Shown piece by piece: positions 28,645 to 37,405 of a stretch of 64,000 nucleotides of DNA. The notes under the pieces were generated by a model. It searched no databases. It had not been told where the DNA came from and saw only the letters and a list, made by a program, of their open reading frames with translations. The stretch is from assembly GCA_050117845.1 (NCBI GenBank), contig JASFLY010000001.1:64001-128000 (forward strand), in the 5' to 3' direction. Position 1 is the first letter of the stretch, and every line of letters starts with the position of its first letter. This stretch comes from Candidatus Zixiibacteriota bacterium. Its GTDB lineage: Bacteria; RBG-13-66-14; B26-G2; WVWN01. Both the position numbers and the translations under genes were made by a program.

Positions 28645-29136
28645 CTACGGACTGCTGGTACCTAAACCGGCGCACCACGCGATGTAAGCGTTCTGGCAAT
28701 CCTCCGGTATCATATCCCAACCGGTTAGGGCATAGTCGATCCAGATAGCGTCGATCTCCGCGGAAATCTCGTGGAGGCGCGCTAGTTTCTGGTTTGCCTC
28801 ATCCCGGAACTCGGAAACGTATTCAACGTCGTGAGTGGTATTGAGCCATTCGTAAATAGCTACGGCTTCGGCGTGCCGGGGCATGTATTCGTTATTCAGA
28901 TACTCGACGTTCATCGCCCGGATATCGTTCATAACCTCATCCGTGCAACCGAAGCCCCCCAGCGAGAGAAAACGGCTCAGAATCTGGAAACCGGCGACTT
29001 CCCCGATTTTATCCGGCAGGGGGTCGTTAGGTAGAGGATCGTGATCCTCGTAACAAACGTTGATGTTCGTCCCCAACGCCACCCCCGGTATTATCATCGG
29101 GGTAATTAGGAATAAGATAACTGCCCACAACCTCAT
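28645..29136 (-). CDS. Secreted hypothetical helical protein (paralog of 29536..30069)
   Basis: Signal peptide, GGAGG RBS; shares CxEDHxP...KIG..AG...GG.G and ARLH.I..EID.(a/i)WID with neighbour. Confidence 0.75.
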   Translation of the reverse strand: MRLWAVILFLITPMIIPGVALGTNINVCYEDHDPLPNDPLPDKIGEVAGFQILSRFLSLGGFGCTDEVMNDIRAMNVEYLNNEYMPRHAEAVAIYEWLNTTHDVEYVSEFRDEANQKLARLHEISAEIDAIWIDYALTGWDMIPEDCQNAYIAWCAGLGTSSP

Positions 29137-29336
29137 TCGACAACCTCCTCTACGAAAAACGGCCCGCCACCAGGAAGCGCTACTGCGGGCCTTCGCCCAA
29201 ACCTATGGTATTATATCACAACCTTTTTTTACACACGAAAGCGTAAACAGCGTAATATTTCCACCTAATCTTTACCCCACCTCATCCACCATAACATATC
29301 GCAGGTCAACGTCAAGCAAAAAAAGGGCAACTTGGT

Positions 29337-29366
29337 AAAAAAAAGCCCGGCGCAAACACGCCGGGC
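29337..29366 (-). terminator. Rho-independent terminator
   Basis: Minus strand GCCCGGCG-TGTTTG-CGCCGGGC-T8. Confidence 0.8.
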
Positions 29367-29535
29367 AGTAAAGAAAGGGATTGGTGATTTTCCACCTGCC
29401 GATTGAACCGGCAACTGCGTACCGGTATTATTCGGCCCGGCGGCGAATGCCGAAAACTCGGCATTCGCGCCGGGCGTACCGTTTGGCTCCGGGACCCGTT
29501 ACGATAAAACGTTGGGTCGGAGGGCTATAGTCGAA

Positions 29536-30069
29536 TTAATCGCTGTCTATCAATCCGTGAGCGTCAAGATAGCTTTCGTACGCGCTATCGGAAATCATGC
29601 CGCGGATGGTATCGACGAGGTCGATCCACGCTTCGTCAATCTCTTCGTCGATTGCGTGGAGCCGCGCGATTTTCGCGTCGCGGGCCGTCTCGAATTGCGC
29701 CATCGTATGCGCGGTCCCGCAAATCGGGCAGGCGTTTGTCCCGGTCCCGTCGTCGATCACGTGCGAGGAACTGAGCCAGGTGTGGATCGCCGAAGCTTCG
29801 TCCTGCAACGGGTCGAAATCATCGTTCTGATAAGCATCGTTTAAATCCTCGATATCTTCGATGACGGCCTGAGAAGTCCCATACCCGCCGTCTTCGAGGA
29901 ACAGGCCGAAAGCGGCCCACCCCGCGATACATCCGATTTTTTCCGCCGCCGGGACGCTGGGCTGGGGTTCGTGGTCCTCGAAACATTGGTTCCGATAAAC
30001 CTCTGCGGAAGCTAAACCCCCGAAAAGTAATAATCCGATAACCAAGCACGTGAAATAACTCCGAGTCAT
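29536..30069 (-). CDS. Secreted hypothetical helical protein (paralog of 28645..29136) with CPIC insertion
   Basis: ATG 30069 with AGGAGG RBS, signal peptide MTRSYF...ASA; motif conservation with paralog. Confidence 0.75.
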   Translation of the reverse strand: MTRSYFTCLVIGLLLFGGLASAEVYRNQCFEDHEPQPSVPAAEKIGCIAGWAAFGLFLEDGGYGTSQAVIEDIEDLNDAYQNDDFDPLQDEASAIHTWLSSSHVIDDGTGTNACPICGTAHTMAQFETARDAKIARLHAIDEEIDEAWIDLVDTIRGMISDSAYESYLDAHGLIDSD

Positions 30070-30258
30070 GTCTCCTCCTAAATCATACCGGTTATATGAT
30101 AACCCGACCCTTATATATAAAACCACCCCGGCCTCGACCGTACAATCGCACGTACGATTGCGACGGGTCGAGTTTCCGGGGTTAGCGGTTGCAGGAGAAA
30201 CGCGCCCGACGCGCCACGCGCCCACCAAGTAACACCCACCGGCAACCAGCCGGCGGCC

Positions 30259-30618
30259 CTACGGATTATCCACTTCGTCTAACTGGCTTTCGAGTTCCGA
30301 CTCGACCTTCGCCAACGCTACTCGCATCGCCGGCGTAAAATAATCCGACCCGCCCAATAATTCCACCGTCCTGAGGGCGAGCTTGACCGCTACCAACTCT
30401 CTTCGGGTAAGATTTAAACTCGCGCCGCGCGACCCCGGCATTATACGATAACCTTTGTCGTAATAAATCGGTACGAGTTCGGAAAGGTCGACAACGTAGC
30501 GGTATATCGTCCGCGTCGATACGTCTAGCGCTTCGGCCAGTTCGGAGGCGTGATAACCGTCGCCGGACCGCAAAATACTTACGAGTTCGAAAAGCTTTTC
30601 CGCTTTCTTCAGCGTCAC
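30259..30618 (-). CDS. HTH_11 winged-helix regulator, YafY/PafC-like N-terminus without WYL domain
   Basis: A.ELAEALDVSTRTIYRY..DL....PI....GY...LNLTRRELVAV. Confidence 0.8.
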   Translation of the reverse strand: MTLKKAEKLFELVSILRSGDGYHASELAEALDVSTRTIYRYVVDLSELVPIYYDKGYRIMPGSRGASLNLTRRELVAVKLALRTVELLGGSDYFTPAMRVALAKVESELESQLDEVDNP

Positions 30619-30739
30619 CTGCTAACCACCCTGTTTACGGCGAACGCCGTGGGACGCCACATCCCGGAACCGTCCATCCGGAGAATGCCTTTCCGTCCCT
30701 AGAAACAACTTCTAACTCGTCTAACTACGCCTTATATTA

Positions 30740-30827
30740 AATATAGCAAGCTCCGGCCTACTTGTCAAGCCAATCGAGGTAGCAATTTACGATAGCCCTT
30801 GACAAGGTTCCCTTCTAGTGGTAATTT
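30740..30827. promoter_or_regulatory. Divergent sigma70 promoters (HTH gene on minus strand, ribF on plus strand)
   Basis: Minus: TTGACA(30768-30763)-17 nt-TATATT. Plus: TTGACA(30799)-17 nt-TAATTT with extended -10 TG. Confidence 0.7.
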
Positions 30828-30852
30828 ACGCACCCGCGAGGACGGGTTATTT

Positions 30853-31812
30853 ATGAAAGTCTGGCGGACACTGGAAGAAGCGGCCGCGGATCCCGCTCCG
30901 GCGCCTTACGTCACAGTAGGGAGTTTCGACGGCGTACACCTGGGCCACAGGGCCCTCCTCGGCGACCTCCGGGAAATGGCGGTCGCGGGCCGCGGGGCCG
31001 GCGTGGTCGTCACCTTCGAAGACCCGGAAGAGGACTTCAGCGGCCCGGAGGGCCCCCGCCTCCTGAATTACGGGGCCGAGCGTGTCGCGCGACTGGACGC
31101 CGCCGGCATCGACGCGGCGCTGGTCCTACCCTTCGACGATAACCTGCGCCGCACGGCGGCCGACCGTTTCGTCGAGGAAATACTGGTCGGGACGCTTCAC
31201 GTCCGTGGCGTCTGCGTCGGCTACGACCATCACTTCGGCGCGGACGGCAGCGGCGACATCAGCCTCCTGAGCCTACTCGGGAAGAAGTACGGTTTCGAAA
31301 GCCGGGCCGCGCCGCCCTTCGCCGTCGACGGCATGATCGTCTCAAGTACGCTCATACGGCGCCGCCTCCGTGAGGGGAACGTCGCCGAGGCCAACAAGTA
31401 CCTGGGTTACCGCTACGAGGTATGGGGTGAGGTCGAACGGGGCAGCGGCATCGCCGCCGGCGAACTCGGCTACCCCACGGCCAACGTCGCGCTCGACGCC
31501 AAGATGCTCCCCGCCACCGGCGTATACGCCGCGTTGGGCGATATCCTGGACGACGAGGGTAACGTGGCCGAGGGGCCCTTCGGGGCCTTTCTGAACCTGG
31601 GCTACCGGCCCACGTTCAACGGCGACGCCACCGGCGACCCGCGGCTGGAGGTTCACCTCTTCGACTTCGGCCGGGACATCCTGGGCCGCCGGATCCGCGT
31701 GCAGTTCGTGGCGCGCCTGCGGGACGAAGAGAAGTTCGAGGACGCCGCGGCCTTGCGAAAGCAGCTCGAGGAAGACGAGAAGAAAGCCCGCCGCATCCTC
31801 TTCCGTCAATAG
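30853..31812 (+). CDS. ribF: Bifunctional riboflavin kinase / FAD synthetase
   Basis: GSFDGVHLGH, VGYDHHFG, VSSTLIR, LGYPTAN, GYRPTF, EVHLFDF. Confidence 0.93.
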   Translation: MKVWRTLEEAAADPAPAPYVTVGSFDGVHLGHRALLGDLREMAVAGRGAGVVVTFEDPEEDFSGPEGPRLLNYGAERVARLDAAGIDAALVLPFDDNLRRTAADRFVEEILVGTLHVRGVCVGYDHHFGADGSGDISLLSLLGKKYGFESRAAPPFAVDGMIVSSTLIRRRLREGNVAEANKYLGYRYEVWGEVERGSGIAAGELGYPTANVALDAKMLPATGVYAALGDILDDEGNVAEGPFGAFLNLGYRPTFNGDATGDPRLEVHLFDFGRDILGRRIRVQFVARLRDEEKFEDAAALRKQLEEDEKKARRILFRQ

Positions 31813-31834
31813 AGCGAATTAACAATACAAATAT

Positions 31835-32104
31835 ATGGTTATCAACAAAGAAAGCAAGCAGGCCGTAATCGAGAAGTATCGCAAGCACGAGAGCGATACG
31901 GGCTCGGCCGAGGTGCAGATCGCGCTCTATACCGATCGCATCAACCACCTCACCGAGCACCTGCGGAGCCACCCGAAAGACAAGCACAGCCGTCGGGGCC
32001 TATTACTCCTCGTCGGCCGGCGGCGCCGCCTGCTCGATTACCTCAAGAACAAGGACATCGAGCGTTACCGGAACGTCATTCGGGCGCTCGGCATCCGGCG
32101 TTAG
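31835..32104 (+). CDS. rpsO: 30S ribosomal protein S15
   Basis: [42 protein letters not shown]. Confidence 0.98.
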   Translation: MVINKESKQAVIEKYRKHESDTGSAEVQIALYTDRINHLTEHLRSHPKDKHSRRGLLLLVGRRRRLLDYLKNKDIERYRNVIRALGIRR

Positions 32105-32208
32105 GAGAGCCGCCAGGCCTGCGGCGGCCCGGGCTTAGTAGGCCCGCCCCACGTTCGCGGAAGGCCCGCAGGTACCGCGAGCGAAGGGTGTGAAACTTAC
32201 CCAAAATT

Positions 32209-32234
32209 AAACCCGGCCCCGAGGCCGGGTTTTT
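32209..32234. terminator. Bidirectional Rho-independent terminator
   Basis: AAACCCGGCC-CCGA-GGCCGGGTTTTT between convergent units. Confidence 0.85.
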
Positions 32235-32257
32235 CGGACATCAATCGCAGAGCGCCA

Positions 32258-33529
32258 CTAATAATCCCGGGACGGGTTGCAGTGGAAATCGACCTCGAAC
32301 TCCTCCTCGTCCTCATACAACATCTTGGCCGCGATGCGGAACGGCGCGTCCCGGTCCAACTCTTGGGGCGCTTTAAAAGAATAGGCCAAGATAACGGTTT
32401 CGTGCCAACCGCTTTTTTCGCCTTCGCCCGCGGCCTTCACGGCCAACGGCTTTTTCGCATCGGGAGGTTGGTAAAACGCGGCCCCGCTTATCTTAGTTTT
32501 GTCTTTAGCCGTCGAGAAATAGGGCTCCCGGAATTCTACGTAAATGTCGTCCGTGCCCGGCCAATAATCGTCGTAGACTCTCACCCATTTATCCCAGTCG
32601 CCGTATACCCCCATCGCCTCGGTGGCGTTCCTTATCCCCGCCCGCACCACCCGTTCATACGGGATTATGCGATAAATCCGGATGTCCGGTTCACCCTCCG
32701 TCCCGACCGGGATCCAACCGTAGGTGCCCAGCATCTCTACTGCCAGAGCCCACCCGTCTTCGATGAAAATAATGGAATAACAAATGAACCCGTCATCGAC
32801 TTCCGCGTATTCGTACCCCGGGCCGCGGCGGCCTTGGACGTCCACCTCGGACTCGGTGAAAGCGAAATCGCACCGCTCGTAATTATACGTCAGGTTCAGC
32901 TCGAGGAACGCCGGGTCGAAGTCGACGGTCCACCCCTCCCCCGAAGCGGCGGGCGGCCTGGGGTAAAATAAGGTCGGCTCTTTGGGGATGTCTTCCGCCT
33001 CGTAGGCGCACAACCGGATGTCCTTGCCGCCGTATTTCGCGTGGAGATGGACGTATCCGTCCCATTTCAGAAAATCCGTCCAAGATAATTCTTCAAGGCC
33101 GGTGAACTCGATTTCGGCGCCGGGCGCGGGGCGCCTCGTGCCGTAGTCGTATACGATATCCTCCTTCGCCGTTAGCGTGAAGAGCGGGCCGCCGTCCCTT
33201 TCGAGAAGCCGCTCGCCGTCCGCATACGCGCACAACCAACCCCTCTGGCCTTCGTACCACGTCCGCACCCAAAAGCCCTCCTCCTTCTCGCGGGTCGAGA
33301 CCCAACCTACCACCGGCACCTCGGCCCCCGCCGGCACCGTCCCGAGGACCGCGAAGTACGTACCGGGCCCCGCGCGCAGGTTCATGCCGTACACCGTTGT
33401 GCAATAGATCGCGCCGTCGAGATTCTCCGGGTCGCGCGCGACGTTCAACTCGGCGAGCGTTACGGCGAACATGGCGGCAGCCGCAAGGAAGGTCGCTACT
33501 ACGCTTATTACCAAATTACGCATTAACAT
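32258..33529 (-). CDS. Secreted protein with bacterial SH3 domain(s)
   Basis: Signal peptide; MNLRAGPGTYFAVLGTVPAG...W.R..Y.GQRGW; second degenerate RRGPGYEY...GW. Confidence 0.75.
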   Translation of the reverse strand: MLMRNLVISVVATFLAAAAMFAVTLAELNVARDPENLDGAIYCTTVYGMNLRAGPGTYFAVLGTVPAGAEVPVVGWVSTREKEEGFWVRTWYEGQRGWLCAYADGERLLERDGGPLFTLTAKEDIVYDYGTRRPAPGAEIEFTGLEELSWTDFLKWDGYVHLHAKYGGKDIRLCAYEAEDIPKEPTLFYPRPPAASGEGWTVDFDPAFLELNLTYNYERCDFAFTESEVDVQGRRGPGYEYAEVDDGFICYSIIFIEDGWALAVEMLGTYGWIPVGTEGEPDIRIYRIIPYERVVRAGIRNATEAMGVYGDWDKWVRVYDDYWPGTDDIYVEFREPYFSTAKDKTKISGAAFYQPPDAKKPLAVKAAGEGEKSGWHETVILAYSFKAPQELDRDAPFRIAAKMLYEDEEEFEVDFHCNPSRDY

Positions 33530-33611
33530 ATCCCTCCACGCGGGCGCCCGGCCGCGCGTATTTGGCGACGATTTCGCCGCCGCACTTTTCGCATACGGAT
33601 TTTATAGCCAT
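33516..33611 (-). pseudogene. 31-codon remnant of a zinc-ribbon gene homologous to the N-terminus of 46869..48131
   Basis: Translates as MAIKSVCEKCGGEIVAKYARPGARVEGYVNA*, compared with MASKFQCEKCGGEIVVKYAKPGDEVLCRNCGAHVE. Confidence 0.7.
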
Positions 33612-33658
33612 AACCTAAAACCTTAGTAAATGACGATTACCATTGGCGTTGAACCCTT

Positions 33659-35518
33659 TCATCTCTTTTCCACGGCGCCGGTACCGCCGGCGAATGGCCG
33701 GAAGTATTGTAACCGGTCGTTGCCCGAATCTGCGACGTAAATGGTGCCGTCCGGCGCGACGGCTATCCCGGAGGGCCCGTAGAATTCCCCGGCCTTCGAG
33801 CCCGGCCTCCCGAACGAACCCTTGATCCTTCCGAGCGGGGAGTACCGGGTAATTACGCCTTCGTGCCACGCGCTGGAAACGAATACGTCGCCGTTCGGGC
33901 CGACCGCGAGTTTAACCGGCTGGCGAACCGCCGTGCCTTCTACGGGCGGCGGCCCGTTTCCTTCGAGTAAGGTCTTTATAGAGTGGGAAATGAGGAGGCC
34001 GTACGGGTCGGCGGAGTAGACGTCGCCTTCCGGCGAGACCGCTATCCCGTCCGAGGAATCCGTATGGCTTCCGCCGGGTCTAGGCGGGTACGGCCCGTCC
34101 CAGTAGCTGAGGACCGAGCCGGTGGGGGTGAAGGATTGGATGCGGGTATGAAAACCTTCCGATACGTAGACGTTGCCGTTCGGCGCGACCGTAAGGCCGC
34201 CGGGCCTGCGAAATCGGCCTTCCCCGGAACCTCGTGAACCCCATTTGCCCAGGAAGGAACCCGCCCTCGTGAAGTATTGCACGCGGTCGTTCCCCGCATC
34301 GCACACGTAGACGTTGCCGTCGGCCGCGGCCGCCACGTCGTTCGGCCTTTTGAATTCGCCGTCGCCGCTGCCTTCCGAGCCCCACGCTCCCAGAAGCTCG
34401 CCCCGGGGCGACAATGATTGGATTCGGTTACCGTCGGTATCGACGGCGTAGATGACGCCGCCCGGCGATACGGCGACGGCGTTCGGCGAAAAAGGCCCGC
34501 CCGGTGCTATTCCCCGCAAGGCGTACCGGCGGACGAACGACCCGTTGGCGGTGAAGCGTTGTATACAGTCGTTGCCGCAATCGGCGACGTATACGTTCCC
34601 GTCGGGGCCGACGGCTATTTTGTCCACGCCGCCGAATTCGCCGTCCCCGGACCCTCTCTTGCCCCACGCGGCCAGCGTTTCCCGGTCCGCCGTAAGGTGC
34701 ACGATTCGGTAGTTACTTTTATCGGCGACGTAGATATCGCCGTCGGTTCCCAAGGCGACGTCTCCGGGCCAGCGGAACGGTTCTTCGTAAAAACATGTCA
34801 TACCCAGGAGCGACCCGGTCGCCGTGAAATACTGGATGCGGTAATTGCTTACGTCGACGACGTAAACCCAACCGTTGGGAGCCACGGCTATACCGTCCGC
34901 GTCATCTATATCAAAGGTTGAGCCTCCCCTCACGCCGTAGTCACCCCACAACCCCAAATAAACGCCGCCGGGGCCGAAGCGATGGACCCGGTCGTGCCTC
35001 GCTTCGGCTACGTAAAAGCCGCCGTTGGGGGCGAAGGCGGCCGTCGTGTCCCGGTTGAAACCGCCCAATACGTTACTCACGTCCCCCAGGTAAGAGCCGG
35101 TTCGGGTGAAGCATTGAATCCTCTGGTCCGCGTGGCCGTGGTCATCGCGGCCGTAGTAATACAGGACGTAAACGGTACCGCCCGGGGCCACGGCTACCCT
35201 TATCGGCCTTGCGGGGGGCTCGTTATCCGGGGGGCCCTCCAGCTCGCCCAGGTAATTTCCGGAGGCGTCGAAGTATTGAACTCTCGCGTTGCCCTTATCC
35301 ACGGCGTAAACGATCCCGTCGGGACCTATAGCGATCTCGGTCGGCGTGAGAAACTGGCCTTCGCCGGAGCCCGTCGAGCCCCACTCACCGGCGTAGACGT
35401 ATTCGACCTCGGCCTCCTTCGTCGCCGAGGCGCTCTTAGCGATATCTTCCGCCGATTCGTCGCCGCCGCAGCCGAGCGCGGCGACGAGTATGGACGTTGC
35501 CAAAGCGAACCGTCTCAC
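33659..35518 (-). CDS. NHL-repeat beta-propeller lipoprotein
   Basis: Lipobox ALGC; many WG..GSG.GeF..P..vAv.pdG.vYV.D..N.RiQYF repeats. Confidence 0.88.
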   Translation of the reverse strand: MRRFALATSILVAALGCGGDESAEDIAKSASATKEAEVEYVYAGEWGSTGSGEGQFLTPTEIAIGPDGIVYAVDKGNARVQYFDASGNYLGELEGPPDNEPPARPIRVAVAPGGTVYVLYYYGRDDHGHADQRIQCFTRTGSYLGDVSNVLGGFNRDTTAAFAPNGGFYVAEARHDRVHRFGPGGVYLGLWGDYGVRGGSTFDIDDADGIAVAPNGWVYVVDVSNYRIQYFTATGSLLGMTCFYEEPFRWPGDVALGTDGDIYVADKSNYRIVHLTADRETLAAWGKRGSGDGEFGGVDKIAVGPDGNVYVADCGNDCIQRFTANGSFVRRYALRGIAPGGPFSPNAVAVSPGGVIYAVDTDGNRIQSLSPRGELLGAWGSEGSGDGEFKRPNDVAAAADGNVYVCDAGNDRVQYFTRAGSFLGKWGSRGSGEGRFRRPGGLTVAPNGNVYVSEGFHTRIQSFTPTGSVLSYWDGPYPPRPGGSHTDSSDGIAVSPEGDVYSADPYGLLISHSIKTLLEGNGPPPVEGTAVRQPVKLAVGPNGDVFVSSAWHEGVITRYSPLGRIKGSFGRPGSKAGEFYGPSGIAVAPDGTIYVADSGNDRLQYFRPFAGGTGAVEKR

Positions 35519-35519
35519 T

Positions 35520-37376
35520 TTATTCTCCCGGGCCCCGCTGCCGGTTAACCGCGCCCGTTACCGCCGGTTCGCGAGCCTCCCGCGTCTGCCCCGGGTCGCC
35601 CTGGCCGCCCGCGAGTACGCGGAAGTATTGTACCCGGTCGTTGCCCGAATCGGCGACGTAAACGGTGCCGTTCGGCCCGACCGCTACAGCGGAATACCCG
35701 TCGAACTGCCCGGGCCCCGAGCCCGGACTCCCGAACGATCCTTTCAACCTCCCGAGTGGGGAGTACCAGGCGATTATACCTTCGTCCCATTGCCCGCAGA
35801 CGAATACGTCGCCGTTTGGGCCGACCGCGACCTTAGTTGGCTGGCGGAACGGCGCGTCGGCGCCGGCCCACGGCCCCTTTTCGCTGATAAAGGACCCGGT
35901 GGAGGTAAAACACCGGAGGGTGTCACATTCTATGGTATAGACGTTCCCGTTCGGCGAGGCCGCAACCCCGACCGGAGAGAAACTGCGGTCGCCGGGTATT
36001 TCCGGCCCCCACTGGCCGAGTAAGGAGCCGGTCGGCGTGTAATAGTTCACACGGTCGACGACGCTGTCGGTTACGTAGACGTATCCGTTCGGCCCTACCG
36101 CGACGCCACCCCACGAATGGGATGGCCCCCTTTCCGTCTCCTGATACCATTTCCCCAGAAACGAGCCGTTCGGCGTAAAGTATTGTATTCGTGTATTTCC
36201 TTTATCGTACACGTAAACGGTGCCGTCGGCCGCGACCGCCACATCCTCCGGCCGTTTGAATTCGCCGTCGCCGTTCCCCTCCGAGCCCCACCCCCCCAGA
36301 AACTCGCCTTGGGGCGAGAAGTAAAGGACGGTGTGGTTGCCGGTATCGGTAACGTAGATGACGCCGTCGGGCGATACGGCAACGCCCTCCGGCAATGAAA
36401 GCCGGCCTCGCCCGCCGTATCGGCGGACGAAGGACCCGTCGGCGGTGAAGCGGTGTATACACCCTTTACCCCAGTCGGCGACGTACACGTCTCCCTCCGG
36501 GCCGACGGCGATTTTGCCCATGATATCGAATTCGCCGTCCCCGGCCCCTTCCTTACCCCACGTTCCCACCGCCGCGCCATCGGCGGTAAGGTGGACGACC
36601 CGGTTATTATGGTTGTCGGCGACGTAGACGTCGCCGTTGGCCGCTACGGCGACGCCTCTGGCGAAGCGGAACGGTTCGTAATAAAAACGGATCTGACCCA
36701 GGAACGACCCGTCCGCCGCGAAATACTGGACGCGGTAATTGAAGGAGTCGACGACGTAAACCCAACCGTTGGGCGCGACGGCGATATCGTTCGGGTTTTG
36801 GAATTGGCCTTCCCCCGCGCCGGTGGAGCCCCACGACCCCAACAAGGAACCGGCGGGGCTGAAGTACCGGATGCGGTCGGCCCCCTCTTCCGCCACGTAG
36901 ACGTTGCCGTTGGGGGCAACGTCCCCGGTTATGAGCCAGTCGAAATCTCCCGGCGGATCGCCCAGGTAGGAGCCCGTCCGCGTAAAACGCTTTACGCCTC
37001 CAACCAGGCCGTACATATACCCGACGTAAATGATACCGTCCGGGGCGACGGCAACGCTTACCGGCGCTTCGCCGAATTCGCTGACTACCGGCCCCTCCAA
37101 TCGGCCCAGGTAGTTTCCGGAGCGGTCGAAGTACTGGGCCCTTGCGCCGCGATCATTCACGACGTAAACGGTCCCGTCGGGCCCTACGGCGATTTCGTTC
37201 GGGGAATAGAATTGGCCTTCGCCGGAGCCAGTCGAGCCCCACTCGCCGGCGTAGACGTATTCGACCTCGGCCTCCTTCGTCGCCGAGGCGCTCTTGGCGT
37301 TCTCTTCGGTCGATTCCTCGCCGCCGCACCCGAATGCGGCGAGGAGCGCTAACGCTACCGGGGCGTATCGCCTCAC
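35520..37376 (-). CDS. NHL-repeat beta-propeller lipoprotein (paralog of 33659..35518)
   Basis: GTG start with GGAGG RBS; lipobox AFGC; identical AKSASATKEAEVEYVYAGEWGSTGSGEGQF. Confidence 0.88.
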   Translation of the reverse strand: MRRYAPVALALLAAFGCGGEESTEENAKSASATKEAEVEYVYAGEWGSTGSGEGQFYSPNEIAVGPDGTVYVVNDRGARAQYFDRSGNYLGRLEGPVVSEFGEAPVSVAVAPDGIIYVGYMYGLVGGVKRFTRTGSYLGDPPGDFDWLITGDVAPNGNVYVAEEGADRIRYFSPAGSLLGSWGSTGAGEGQFQNPNDIAVAPNGWVYVVDSFNYRVQYFAADGSFLGQIRFYYEPFRFARGVAVAANGDVYVADNHNNRVVHLTADGAAVGTWGKEGAGDGEFDIMGKIAVGPEGDVYVADWGKGCIHRFTADGSFVRRYGGRGRLSLPEGVAVSPDGVIYVTDTGNHTVLYFSPQGEFLGGWGSEGNGDGEFKRPEDVAVAADGTVYVYDKGNTRIQYFTPNGSFLGKWYQETERGPSHSWGGVAVGPNGYVYVTDSVVDRVNYYTPTGSLLGQWGPEIPGDRSFSPVGVAASPNGNVYTIECDTLRCFTSTGSFISEKGPWAGADAPFRQPTKVAVGPNGDVFVCGQWDEGIIAWYSPLGRLKGSFGSPGSGPGQFDGYSAVAVGPNGTVYVADSGNDRVQYFRVLAGGQGDPGQTREAREPAVTGAVNRQRGPGE

Positions 37377-37405
37377 GTTCTCCTCCCATTTGGGGCCGCG
37401 TACGC

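Noticed and set aside
29155..29191. Attenuator hairpin before the 28645..29136 RBS
   Set aside because: 7-bp stem with a 17-nt loop and no identifiable aptamer or leader peptide; too weak to call
30070..30228. N-terminal extension of the 230-aa ORF
   Set aside because: Strong RBS and signal peptide at ATG 30069, and the paralog begins at the equivalent position
30619..30720. Structured leader of the HTH gene as an ncRNA
   Set aside because: Pairings are possible but expected at this GC content; no match to a motif I know
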